This document shows, in pieces, positions 27,348-36,494 of a stretch of DNA of 64,000 nt. The stretch is from Planctomycetota bacterium. Its GTDB lineage: Bacteria > Planctomycetota > UBA1135. The stretch covers positions 32,001-96,000 of the forward strand of contig JASFYO010000003.1 in NCBI GenBank assembly GCA_045047305.1, given 5' to 3'. Position 1 is the stretch's first letter. Each line of letters begins with the position of its first letter. Made by a program: the position numbers and the translations under genes. Under the pieces are notes generated by a model that saw nothing but the letters and a program-made list of their open reading frames with translations, searched no databases and was not told the DNA's origin.

Positions 27348-28976
27348 ATGTCAGAGACACATCAACTGCTTGGCAAAATCCTAGTGGACCTCGGCGTCCT
27401 TGGGATGGGGCAAGTGCAAGCGGCGCTGGCAGAACAGCGGCGCATGGGCGGACGTATTGGTGAGATTCTTTTAGCCAAAGAAGCCATTACCGACGAAGAC
27501 CTTTCGCGCGCACTTGCCATTCAACAAGGGTTGGAGTGGGTGCCGGCGGCGGATTTACGCCCGGAGGAAGATGCTGTTTCCTTGCTCGACGGGGGCACAG
27601 CACGGGCTTTTGGCGCATTGCCCCTGAGTCAGGCGAATGGAGTCTTGCGCGTTGCGATTGCCGATCCGGACACTCTGCCACTGTTGAGTGACTTGGAGAG
27701 CATTAGCGGATGCCGCATTGAGGTCGTTTTGGCCGCACCTGAAGCGCTCGCCGAGGCGGTAGAGAATGCATACCGTGCCGTTACAGAAGCAAAGGCTGCC
27801 GCGGAAGTAGAAGCTAGCGAAGCAGCGCCGATTGTGCGCTTATTGGAGTCCATCCTCACCCGCGCCGTGCGTGACCGCGCCGCCGACATCCACTTTGAGC
27901 CTTATCAAAACGGTTTTCGTATTCGGATGCGTTCCGACGGAGTGCTCTATGAAATTGATCCACCGCCGGCTCACTTAGCTGTGGCCATTGTGTCGCGGAT
28001 TAAGGTGCTTGCCAACCTCGACATCTCGGAGACGCGGATGCCGCAAGATGGTCGCATTGATTTGGTGTTGGATAACCACCGCATTGATTTTCGTGTTTCG
28101 ACGGTGCCGACCCAAGGTGGAGAGAGTGTAGTTTTACGCTTGCTTGACCGCCGCAATTTGCAGTTAGACCTTGGCGCACTCGGTTTGGCACCCGAGGAAG
28201 ATAAGCAGCTGCGCGAGTTTATTGCTATGCCTCACGGCATCGTTTTGGTGACCGGACCAACCGGGTCTGGAAAAACTACTACTCTGTACTCTTTACTTTC
28301 GCAAGTGAATGATCCAGAGACCAAGGTTCTCACGGTGGAGGATCCCGTGGAATATGATTTGGATGGCATCATTCAGGTTCCGGTAAACGATGAAATCGGA
28401 GTCAACTACTCGCGGATTTTGCGCACCATGCTGCGGCAGGATCCGGACATCATCATGATCGGTGAAATCCGCGATCCAGAGACGGCTCAAATCGCCGTCG
28501 AGGCAGCACTCACTGGGCACTTGGTGTTGAGCACTTTACACACTAACGATGCTCCTTCCACCGTGACTCGCATGGTGGATCTCGGAGTCGAGCCCTTTCT
28601 GCTTGCTGCCACCATGGAGGGCATCGTCGCCCAACGTCTGGTGCGCTGCGTGTGCCAAAAGTGCACCGAATCCTACATCCCAGACGAGGAGCTTTGCCAG
28701 CGGGTCGGTATCGCGCATGGAGATCAGTTCCAACGTGGCTCCGGTTGCGCGGACTGTCACTTCACCGGTTACTCTGGGCGTACTGCCATCTATGAAGTAC
28801 TACCTCTGGATGCCGATATGAAGGAGGAATTCCTCAAGAACCCGACCACCTTGGTCTTGCGTGAAGAGGCCCGTAAGCGGAAGATGCGGACCTTGCGTGA
28901 ACGTGGTATCGCTCTCGCCCGTGAGGGGAAGACCACGCTCGAGGAAGTTCTCCACGGCACGCAGGGAGAAGACTAG
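27348..28976 (+). CDS. pilB: Second PilB/GspE family ATPase with MshEN-like N-terminus
   Basis: RIGEILL...L.RALA.Q, AADIHFEP, PQDGR, GPTGSGKTT, RQDPD, HTNDAP, tetracysteine motif. Confidence 0.88.
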   Translation: MSETHQLLGKILVDLGVLGMGQVQAALAEQRRMGGRIGEILLAKEAITDEDLSRALAIQQGLEWVPAADLRPEEDAVSLLDGGTARAFGALPLSQANGVLRVAIADPDTLPLLSDLESISGCRIEVVLAAPEALAEAVENAYRAVTEAKAAAEVEASEAAPIVRLLESILTRAVRDRAADIHFEPYQNGFRIRMRSDGVLYEIDPPPAHLAVAIVSRIKVLANLDISETRMPQDGRIDLVLDNHRIDFRVSTVPTQGGESVVLRLLDRRNLQLDLGALGLAPEEDKQLREFIAMPHGIVLVTGPTGSGKTTTLYSLLSQVNDPETKVLTVEDPVEYDLDGIIQVPVNDEIGVNYSRILRTMLRQDPDIIMIGEIRDPETAQIAVEAALTGHLVLSTLHTNDAPSTVTRMVDLGVEPFLLAATMEGIVAQRLVRCVCQKCTESYIPDEELCQRVGIAHGDQFQRGSGCADCHFTGYSGRTAIYEVLPLDADMKEEFLKNPTTLVLREEARKRKMRTLRERGIALAREGKTTLEEVLHGTQGED

Positions 28977-28982
28977 AACCCG

Positions 28983-30128
28983 ATGGCCCGAATCCAGCGC
29001 AAGGTACCCGCAGCATCCCGCCCCAAAGGTGGGGGCTCTCAGGCCGATGGCCCCGCCAACGACAGCACCGTATTGGTCAAGCGCAAGGTGCCGCTCAAGC
29101 ACATTGTGCAGTTCACCCGCATGTTGGCCACCATGACCGAGGCCGGTCTACCGATTCTGCGTAACTTGCGGATTCTGGCCGAACAATGGCCTGAGGGACG
29201 GTTCAAGGATTCGATATTGGATGCTGGCGATTTGGTGGAAGAGGGGCAGCCTCTTTCCGATGCGCTCGCACAGTCGCCGGAAGTTTTTGATGAGCTTTAC
29301 GTCAACATGGCCCGCGCTGGTGAAGCCGGTGGTGTGTTGGATAAGGTGTTTGATCGTCTGGCCAATTTTTTGGAACGTGCCCAGGCTGTACGTGATAAGA
29401 CCAAATCGGCACTCACTTATCCGATTGTGATTTTCGTGGTCGCGATTTCCGTGGTGTCAGCCTTGATGCTATTCGTGATTCCAAAGTTCGCAGAGCTTTA
29501 CGTGGACATGGATATGGAGCTACCGAAGCTCACCCAGTTCATGATTAACCTGAGTGAGTTCTTGCAGACTTACTGGTACGTCCTAGCCTTGCCGGTCCTG
29601 ATGTGGTTTGGACACATGCTGATGTACCGCCGCGCCTACGGATATCGACGCAGCTGCCACGCAATCGCTTTGCGCATGCCAGTCATCGGTCCTTTGGCGG
29701 AGAAGAGTCAGGTTTCGCGTTTCGCAACCACCTTTGGCACTTTGATTGCCAGTGGCGTGCCGCACCTCGAAGCATTCGATATCACCCGTGGTGCTCTGAC
29801 CAATGAGGTCTACCGCGAGTCCATCGATGACATTCAAGAAGAAGTGCGTGAGGGTGAAGCGATTGCAAGTTCTTTGGCTTCCTCAGGACGTTTTGATGAT
29901 CTTGTCGTCGCCATGGTGGAAGTCGGTGAAGAAACCGGTGAGTTGGATCGCATGTGCATGCGCATTGGAGATAGTTACGAAGAGCAGTACACGCGTGCGC
30001 TCGACAACATGTTGAAGCTCATTGAGCCGATCATGTTGATCGTTTTAGCTGGTCTAGTTGGCTCCATCGCACTGGCGCTCTTTTTGCCACTGTTCAAGCT
30101 GCTGGAGGAATTCGGCGCCCAGGCATGA
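28983..30128 (+). CDS. pilC: PilC/GspF inner-membrane platform protein
   Basis: FTRMLATM.EAGLP, AGEAGGVLD, ALTYP, VGEETGELD, LIEP...ALFLPLF. Confidence 0.92.
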   Translation: MARIQRKVPAASRPKGGGSQADGPANDSTVLVKRKVPLKHIVQFTRMLATMTEAGLPILRNLRILAEQWPEGRFKDSILDAGDLVEEGQPLSDALAQSPEVFDELYVNMARAGEAGGVLDKVFDRLANFLERAQAVRDKTKSALTYPIVIFVVAISVVSALMLFVIPKFAELYVDMDMELPKLTQFMINLSEFLQTYWYVLALPVLMWFGHMLMYRRAYGYRRSCHAIALRMPVIGPLAEKSQVSRFATTFGTLIASGVPHLEAFDITRGALTNEVYRESIDDIQEEVREGEAIASSLASSGRFDDLVVAMVEVGEETGELDRMCMRIGDSYEEQYTRALDNMLKLIEPIMLIVLAGLVGSIALALFLPLFKLLEEFGAQA

Positions 30129-31645
30129 GCCTGCGCCTGCGGCTGGTTCTCGGCCTTGTGCTGGTCAACGCGATGGTGTTGGGTAGCTTGGCCTGGTGGG
30201 TTGCAGGTCGCGAAACAGAACGGCAGGGCCAAGAGGAAGCGCGGCTCCACAGCCTCGGTGACCGCTTGTCGCAACTTGCGATTCCGCGATTTCGGCCATC
30301 CGAAATCGGCGATTTGGCGAAAATGCTCGACTGGCCATTATGGACTCAGTTTGAAGATGCCATCATCATTGATACGCGCGTGCTTGACCTAGGTGGTGAA
30401 AAAGTGCCGATTGGCACCTTTCTCAATCCGCGTGGCCGACGTCATCGTAAGGCTGATTTCCCATTAGCTGAAATCACCAATGCGGTGGTCGCGGCAACCG
30501 AGCAGAATCGCCCGATTCCTGTGGCTGATGGCATGGCTATCCCACTCTCAGCGTATCAACCATTTGCGCAAGTCCAGCGTCCTTGGGGCGGTCTATATGT
30601 GGATTTGCGTTTGCGTGGTGGCGGCGAAAGTTTGATTAGTAAGGTTTTGTTCGCAGCTATCGCCAGCACTTTGGCTGCCGGATTTTTGATGGTTTGGATG
30701 TTAAGCCGCGCGGTTTTACGCCCGGTAGAACGACTCGCTAAAGCAACCCAGAGTTTTGATGGCGGCGGCAACGGGAGTCCTTTGGAATTGCCGCATGAAG
30801 GCGCAGCGGAAGTGGTGCACCTCAGTCGTTCCTTTGGCGCCATGATGGAGCGCATCCGTGGATTCCAAGATGAATTGGAGTCAGAAGTGGCAACCGCAAC
30901 GGAACGCGCCGTGGCTGCGGACCGTTTGGTTGCACATCGCGAGCGTATGGCTGCCATGGGGACACTCGCAGCTGGTGTAGCGCATGAAATCAATAGTCCT
31001 TTGGCGGGGGCCTTGTTCGGCCTCGAAGTTTTGCGTCGCGATGCCAAAGGCCCGGAGGCTGAGCAGTATGGCGAGTTGATGCAGGAAGCATTGGAGAGGA
31101 TCCAAGATTTGGTGCAGCGTTTGTTGCAGTTATCACCAGGCAAAGCAGAAGCCTCGCAGTGTAATGTTGTTTCTCTAGTTGAAGATTTACGCATTTTCCT
31201 CGCCAGCCGGGTCGATGGCATCCAATTCGAAGTGGATTTTGAAAAGGAAGAGTTCCTGGTGCCAGCTGCGCGTGGCGATCTCTTCCCATTATTGTTGAAC
31301 CTGTTGCAGAACGCCTTTGATGCTCTTGATTTACCGCATGCGAAAAAGCTGGGCGTCATCCAAGTGAAGGGGCGGCAATTGGCAGATGGCTCCGCGCGCC
31401 TGACTCTCAGCGATAACGGCCCAGGTGCTCCGGAAGACATTTTGCCGCACCTTTTTGAGCCATTCTTTACCTCCAAAGAAGTTGGACGGGGCACCGGTCT
31501 TGGGCTTGCTTTAGCCCATGCCGCCATGCGCCGTTTGGGTGGCAGCATTGCGGCACGCAATCTACCGGAGGCCGGATTCGAAGTGGTACTTGAGTTCCCA
31601 TCCGCTGAGCAAGATTCGAAATCGGTAGAATCGGCACACGCATGA
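30125..31645 (+). CDS. HAMP-domain sensor histidine kinase (PilS/NtrB-like)
   Basis: Two TM helices, HAMP, GVAHEINSPL H-box, NLLQNA, DNGPG, FEPFFTSK, GTGLGL. Confidence 0.9.
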   Translation: MSLRLRLVLGLVLVNAMVLGSLAWWVAGRETERQGQEEARLHSLGDRLSQLAIPRFRPSEIGDLAKMLDWPLWTQFEDAIIIDTRVLDLGGEKVPIGTFLNPRGRRHRKADFPLAEITNAVVAATEQNRPIPVADGMAIPLSAYQPFAQVQRPWGGLYVDLRLRGGGESLISKVLFAAIASTLAAGFLMVWMLSRAVLRPVERLAKATQSFDGGGNGSPLELPHEGAAEVVHLSRSFGAMMERIRGFQDELESEVATATERAVAADRLVAHRERMAAMGTLAAGVAHEINSPLAGALFGLEVLRRDAKGPEAEQYGELMQEALERIQDLVQRLLQLSPGKAEASQCNVVSLVEDLRIFLASRVDGIQFEVDFEKEEFLVPAARGDLFPLLLNLLQNAFDALDLPHAKKLGVIQVKGRQLADGSARLTLSDNGPGAPEDILPHLFEPFFTSKEVGRGTGLGLALAHAAMRRLGGSIAARNLPEAGFEVVLEFPSAEQDSKSVESAHA

Positions 31646-32835
31646 GCTCTTCTTTACTCGGCATGCTTGGGTTGTTGTTGACCTCGGCTTGCTTCTCTGG
31701 CGCGGAAGCTTCCCTGTTTACCTTAGCGGCGGAAGGCGGTCGGAATCGTAAAGTGCCACGTGTCGCCAAACGCTTACTGGAAGATCAGGTCGGCGTGCTC
31801 ACCACCATCTTGTTGGTGAACTTGGTGGTCAACTTAGGCTTTTTCGCCGCAACGCATCATTGGGCGGAGCCATTTGCTACCACCCAAGCCACCTTGATTG
31901 AAGTTGGTGCGGTGTTGGCCATTGTTTTATTCGGCGAGATTCTGCCCAAAGTATTAGCGCATCGTTTCCCAAATTTTAGCGGACAGATCTTGCTGGTCCC
32001 GGTCGCTGCATTCCATCTTCTTCTAGGCCCACTTTTGCGTCCATTCGGCCGTAGTTGGGCGCGGCATGTGGAACGCCAGAAGCCGCTCGACTCGAGCGAG
32101 GCCGCCGACCTACTGGAGGAGGAACACCAAGAGGTTTTGGGCCGCGCCGAGCTGCAGTTGGTGACCCATTTGTTGGAGTTGGGTGAGTTGCGCGCAGGAG
32201 CATTGCGCCGACCGTTGGCGAAGGTGCCGCAAGTGTCGCCGAGTCGACCTCTAGGTCTGGCTTTGCGCCAAATGGAGCAGGACAAAACTCCATGGGCTGC
32301 AGTGGTGGCAGAAGATGGTGAGGTCCAAGGCATTCTGGATCGCGCACGTTTGCCGCAAGGTGCCGTGGTGCGCGATGCCATGCGTCCGGTCCCAATTCTT
32401 CCCGAAGTCGCGCCGGTAGCCAATGGTGTCCAATTACTCAGCCAGAGCGGTGACCCTTTTATTCTTTTGGTGGACGAATATGGCATGTCGGTCGGCATCA
32501 TTCAGCGCGGACGTTGGGCAGATACCTTGCTCGATCGTTTGGTGCTTTCTGAGGAGAGCGGACACCCACCGATTCGCCCGGCCAGTGATGGCGCCTGGGA
32601 AGTTGACGCTGCCTTGCCGTTGCATGATTTTCATGATCGCTTCGGGGATCCGGGTTTATCCGACGTCCGCGTCGACACCATTGGCGGTTTGGTTGCGGAA
32701 AAGCTGGAACGTATGGCGGAGGTCGGCGATGAAGTCGTGCTCCAGCATGAAGGTCGGCGTTATGTCATCAGCGTGATCGAGTGTTCCGAGACGCGCCCTT
32801 TGTTGCTGCGCGTGACCGTGGGGGTATGCACTTGA
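31642..32835 (+). CDS. CNNM/DUF21-CBS-CorC (hemolysin-like) protein
   Basis: SACFSGAEAS, ILLVNLVVN, FGEILPK, VDEYG, DTIGGLV. Confidence 0.85.
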   Translation: MSSSLLGMLGLLLTSACFSGAEASLFTLAAEGGRNRKVPRVAKRLLEDQVGVLTTILLVNLVVNLGFFAATHHWAEPFATTQATLIEVGAVLAIVLFGEILPKVLAHRFPNFSGQILLVPVAAFHLLLGPLLRPFGRSWARHVERQKPLDSSEAADLLEEEHQEVLGRAELQLVTHLLELGELRAGALRRPLAKVPQVSPSRPLGLALRQMEQDKTPWAAVVAEDGEVQGILDRARLPQGAVVRDAMRPVPILPEVAPVANGVQLLSQSGDPFILLVDEYGMSVGIIQRGRWADTLLDRLVLSEESGHPPIRPASDGAWEVDAALPLHDFHDRFGDPGLSDVRVDTIGGLVAEKLERMAEVGDEVVLQHEGRRYVISVIECSETRPLLLRVTVGVCT

Positions 32836-33776
32836 CGGTCCTGATTTTAATGCTGCTGCTAGCGATTGCCGCCTCTGCCATGTTTGCCGGTTCCGAAACC
32901 GGATTCTATGGCATCAATCGATTGCGTTTGCGGCATGAAGCACGGCGCTCCCGCACTGCTGCCTTGCTTGCCCGGGTCGTGCGTTCGCCAAGTGCCTTCC
33001 TTGCCACTTTGCTCATCGGCAACAACCTCGCCAACGATGCTGCGGTCAAGGCCGCCGGTGACCTCTGTACTCAATTCGGTTTGGATGGCGCACAGTTCTG
33101 GGGAGCGCTTCTGCTCACGCCGCTAATTTTTATTTTTGGCGAAGTCCTGCCGAAACAATTGTTGCTTGCCGCGCCGCGACGTCTTCTGCATCTCGCCGCA
33201 CCGCTAGCCTTAGCGCGAATTTTATTCTGGCCCTTGACTGCCCCCTTAGCCTGGCTCGCTGCCGCCTTGGAGGGTGGAGAAGGTGCACCGGTTTTAGCCC
33301 GACGTCAGTTCGAAGCCTTGTTGCAAGAAGGGGAGCAACATGCTCCTGGTGAGGCACGAGTGATGTCGGCCGCTTTGCGTGCGCTTGATTCCCGCGGTAA
33401 AGGCCTATATTCATTCCTGCGTTTTGACCTCCCGCACTTTGAGCCCAGCCTGAGCCCGGACGTCGCGCGCAGGCGCTTAGCCAGTTGCACCGACACCCTG
33501 GCGTTGGTGCGTAACCCCAATGGCCCGCCTGGACTGCTGTTGGGTTCTCATCTCGCTGTTGCGGGCACTCAAAGGACTCTCCCCGACCTCACCCAGCCCT
33601 TGCCGACTCTGCCAGCCGATCTTGACCTGGCGGGGGCATTGACTAGGCTCCGCGCACTTGGCGTCGCCTTTGCCTGGGTCGAGAAACCAGGCGAGTGGGC
33701 GGGACTATGTGATCTCGAATATGCTTTGGCCCGGCTGCTCGAGCCAAGCCCCCTCCCAACTGCCCAAAAACGATGA
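32826..33776 (+). CDS. Second CNNM/DUF21 domain protein with degenerate CBS region
   Basis: SAMFAGSETG, LLIGNNLAN, IFGEVLPK. Confidence 0.8.
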   Translation: MHLTVLILMLLLAIAASAMFAGSETGFYGINRLRLRHEARRSRTAALLARVVRSPSAFLATLLIGNNLANDAAVKAAGDLCTQFGLDGAQFWGALLLTPLIFIFGEVLPKQLLLAAPRRLLHLAAPLALARILFWPLTAPLAWLAAALEGGEGAPVLARRQFEALLQEGEQHAPGEARVMSAALRALDSRGKGLYSFLRFDLPHFEPSLSPDVARRRLASCTDTLALVRNPNGPPGLLLGSHLAVAGTQRTLPDLTQPLPTLPADLDLAGALTRLRALGVAFAWVEKPGEWAGLCDLEYALARLLEPSPLPTAQKR

Positions 33777-34150
33777 AATCCTTCCTCGCCCGCACTCTTG
33801 TTCTGTTGCTCGCATTCCTTATGGGTGCCGTCAGCCTTCGTCTTTTGACTGCCGATACGGCCGAAGCTTCCTTCGCAGACAGCGGCAAGCGCTATGTGGC
33901 GGTCACAGGGCCTTATCAAGCGGGAGTTGCGCTGCTCTATGTGCTGGATCAAGAAACGCAGCATCTGGCCGTTTATGAGGCTCGTGGCGGAGCTACGAAT
34001 TCCCATCGCCTGCAATTTGTGGGTGCGCGCAACATTGAGCTGGACACCATGCTTGATGGTTACCACGACGAATCGGATTACACCCACAAAGAGCTTGAGG
34101 CCGAGTTCCTGAAATCTGGCATTCTCGAGCCGGAAGACAGCACAAAGTAG
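33773..34150 (+). CDS. Membrane-anchored hypothetical protein
   Basis: N-terminal TM helix; LYVLD...LAVY...ARNIELD; 4-nt overlap with the upstream gene. Confidence 0.7.
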   Translation: MKSFLARTLVLLLAFLMGAVSLRLLTADTAEASFADSGKRYVAVTGPYQAGVALLYVLDQETQHLAVYEARGGATNSHRLQFVGARNIELDTMLDGYHDESDYTHKELEAEFLKSGILEPEDSTK

Positions 34151-34166
34151 TCGAGATACCGTATCC

Positions 34167-34195
34167 TTGGCTCCGCGCCCCGCTACAGCTATGCT
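34167..34195 (+). promoter_or_regulatory. Putative sigma70 promoter
   Basis: TTGGCT-17 nt-TATGCT upstream of 34247. Confidence 0.4.
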
Positions 34196-34246
34196 TGGGG
34201 AGCAGGAACCCTTCTTCCTAGACCCACAGTCCCAGAACCTGATCAC

Positions 34247-34801
34247 GTGAGCGAAAGCGAATTTTCATCCTTCGACGAAGCCCTCAAGAAACTCGAGCTC
34301 GAGGAAGAGGATCTCAAACGTCTAATTTCGGCCGGTGAGATTCGCGCATTCCGCGAAGGCTCTAACATGCGCTTGCGCGTGGAAGACGTTTCTAAGGTCG
34401 CCGATCAACTTGGTATTGGTGGATCGGTTGCAGAAGCCGACGCCGGTGAAGTCCTCGAGGTCGAAGATCTCGTGCTCGACGAAGCCGACGACGATGGCAT
34501 GGCAACCACCCAACTTTCCGAGGAAGACACTCTGCTTGACGATGAGGTGGAAGAGCTGGAAGTCGCTGCTGCAGCGGCACCTGTGCGTCGTTCCGCTGGA
34601 GCGAAAGGTGTTTCCGGTGCGCGTCGCGGTGCTGCAGCTGCAGCCTCGGCCGCATCGACCGATGAAGGTGGCGGCATGCGTGCAGCCATTTTGTGCACCA
34701 GCATTTTGATGTTGTTTGGCATTGCCTTCGCCATCGATATGGTTTCCGGCCACAAGAGCGGAGTCACCTCCAGCGTGGTCGACATGGTCCACGGCGAGTA
34801 G
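34247..34801 (+). CDS. Excisionase/MerR-like HTH protein with acidic linker and C-terminal TM helix
   Basis: FDEALKKLEL...LKRLISAGEIRAFREG..MRLRVEDV; D/E-rich linker; hydrophobic C-terminal segment. Confidence 0.7.
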   Translation: MSESEFSSFDEALKKLELEEEDLKRLISAGEIRAFREGSNMRLRVEDVSKVADQLGIGGSVAEADAGEVLEVEDLVLDEADDDGMATTQLSEEDTLLDDEVEELEVAAAAAPVRRSAGAKGVSGARRGAAAAASAASTDEGGGMRAAILCTSILMLFGIAFAIDMVSGHKSGVTSSVVDMVHGE

Positions 34802-34826
34802 TCTGAACACGAACCCGTCTGGTCGT

Positions 34827-35600
34827 ATGAACCGACAGGCCCTGCTCCTGATGCTTTTGCTCGGGGTCGGGGCCTGTACTCGTTCTGCAGTGCAGCCTCT
34901 TCCGGAAGAGCTTGCGCGCCTGGAGCACCTGGTGTTGTTGTCGCCGGCTCCGTTTCAAAGCGCATGGTCTTTGGCCGGACGTTATGAAGTCACCGAAGAA
35001 GAGTTTGGGCTTCCGGGGCGCGATGGCGACTTAGTGTTGCCGGTTGCCATGGTGAGTTACCTTGAGGCAGAGGCGTGGTGCACTGAGCATCACTTGCGCC
35101 TCCCCACCGTGTGGGAGTGGTCTCATTTAGCCACCTCGGGGCGCGATGATTTTGAGTTGCCAGAAACCTCTCTGAATGGACTTGAGCTAGGGCTTCGCCG
35201 ACGTCTGCCGGTTGGGGTCTTCGAGCGCGGTCGCACTGCCCTCGGGGCCTACGATGTGCTCGGCAATGTGCGCGAGTGGAGTTCGGACCCAAGCACTGGC
35301 CGTTTCTACGCATGTGGTGGTTCCTTTGCCACCCGCGATGCGGATTCTGGTGTATCTGCCCAATTGGAGATGTTGCCCGATGAACGTGCAGAGGATATTG
35401 GCTTTCGCTACTTCGTGGATGCCGACGTCTATCTCATGGAAGTCGTGTTGCCGCTATGGCCGGAACTTACCGCCGAGGAAAAAACTCAGGTAATGACCTA
35501 TATGCAGGCCTGGCGCGCAAACTATCGCAGTGGGCTAGCCGATGAACTACTTGCCCTTGGTGCGCCTAAATATTTTTGTAAACAACTGGTCAAGCCATGA
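34827..35600 (+). CDS. FGE-sulfatase (SUMF1/EgtB/PvdO-like) domain lipoprotein
   Basis: VGAC lipobox; RYEVT, LRLPTVWEW, GAYDVLGNVREW, GGSF, IGFR. Confidence 0.8.
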   Translation: MNRQALLLMLLLGVGACTRSAVQPLPEELARLEHLVLLSPAPFQSAWSLAGRYEVTEEEFGLPGRDGDLVLPVAMVSYLEAEAWCTEHHLRLPTVWEWSHLATSGRDDFELPETSLNGLELGLRRRLPVGVFERGRTALGAYDVLGNVREWSSDPSTGRFYACGGSFATRDADSGVSAQLEMLPDERAEDIGFRYFVDADVYLMEVVLPLWPELTAEEKTQVMTYMQAWRANYRSGLADELLALGAPKYFCKQLVKP

Positions 35601-36442
35601 AGCTAGGCGATCTGCGTGATTTACTTGCGGCGCATGGGTTGCGCCCGAACCCTCGTTTTGGCCAGAACTTTCTGGTTGATCCAGCCTTGCTTAGGCGAAT
35701 CCCGGTCGATGCAGAGGTGGAGGCCGGAGATTCCGTACTGGAGGTCGGCCCAGGTGCTGGCTCCTTAACTCACGAGCTCATTCAAGCCGGCGCCAAGGTG
35801 CTTGCGGTGGAGCTTGATCATGGTCTGCTGCGTTTGCTGCGTGAGCGCTTTGAGGAGGAACTGGCGGATGGCCGTCTGACTTTGGTGGAAGGCGACATTC
35901 TCGGCCCCAAGGAGACCATGCACCCAGAAGTGGAGACTTGGTGGTCGGGATTGGAGAAACCGCCGCGTTTGGTCGCAAACTTGCCCTACGCCATTTCCGG
36001 CCCCTTCCTCGGACGTCTTCCCGGGCGCCCCATTCTCGGCGCGACGCTCCTATTGCAGCGCGAGGTTGCGGACAAAGCTGCCGGCCCGGCGCCAAAGGAA
36101 GAATGGAGCCCGCTATCCATCCGCCTACATTTCGCCTTTGAAGCGCAAACCGGCCGCCGTCTTCCCCCGGAAGTCTTCTGGCCGCGGCCCAAGATTGATT
36201 CTGCCTTTCTCCAGCTGCGGCCTAAGACCACGGCTTTGCCAGCGGCCCAGGAGTTCATGCTTGCCACGGTTTTAAGGTTCGCTTTTGGCCAACGGCGTAA
36301 GACCTTGCTGGGGCGCCTACGTAAGCAATTCCCGTTATGGGCCGACGCGCTCGAAGCGGAAGGGGTGGATACGAAGGCGCGTCCAGGCTCGATTGTCCCT
36401 CCTGTGTGGCGCGCTGCATTGGAGCGAGTCGACGCTGTCTAG
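35597..36442 (+). CDS. rsmA: 16S rRNA adenine dimethyltransferase
   Basis: FGQNFLVD, VLEVGPGAG, VANLPY, FWPRPKIDSA, FGQRRKTL. Confidence 0.93.
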   Translation: MKLGDLRDLLAAHGLRPNPRFGQNFLVDPALLRRIPVDAEVEAGDSVLEVGPGAGSLTHELIQAGAKVLAVELDHGLLRLLRERFEEELADGRLTLVEGDILGPKETMHPEVETWWSGLEKPPRLVANLPYAISGPFLGRLPGRPILGATLLLQREVADKAAGPAPKEEWSPLSIRLHFAFEAQTGRRLPPEVFWPRPKIDSAFLQLRPKTTALPAAQEFMLATVLRFAFGQRRKTLLGRLRKQFPLWADALEAEGVDTKARPGSIVPPVWRAALERVDAV

Positions 36443-36494
36443 ACCCTAGGCAAATGTTAGATTATTGGGTCGGGAATCCCCCTTCCCTGATGCC

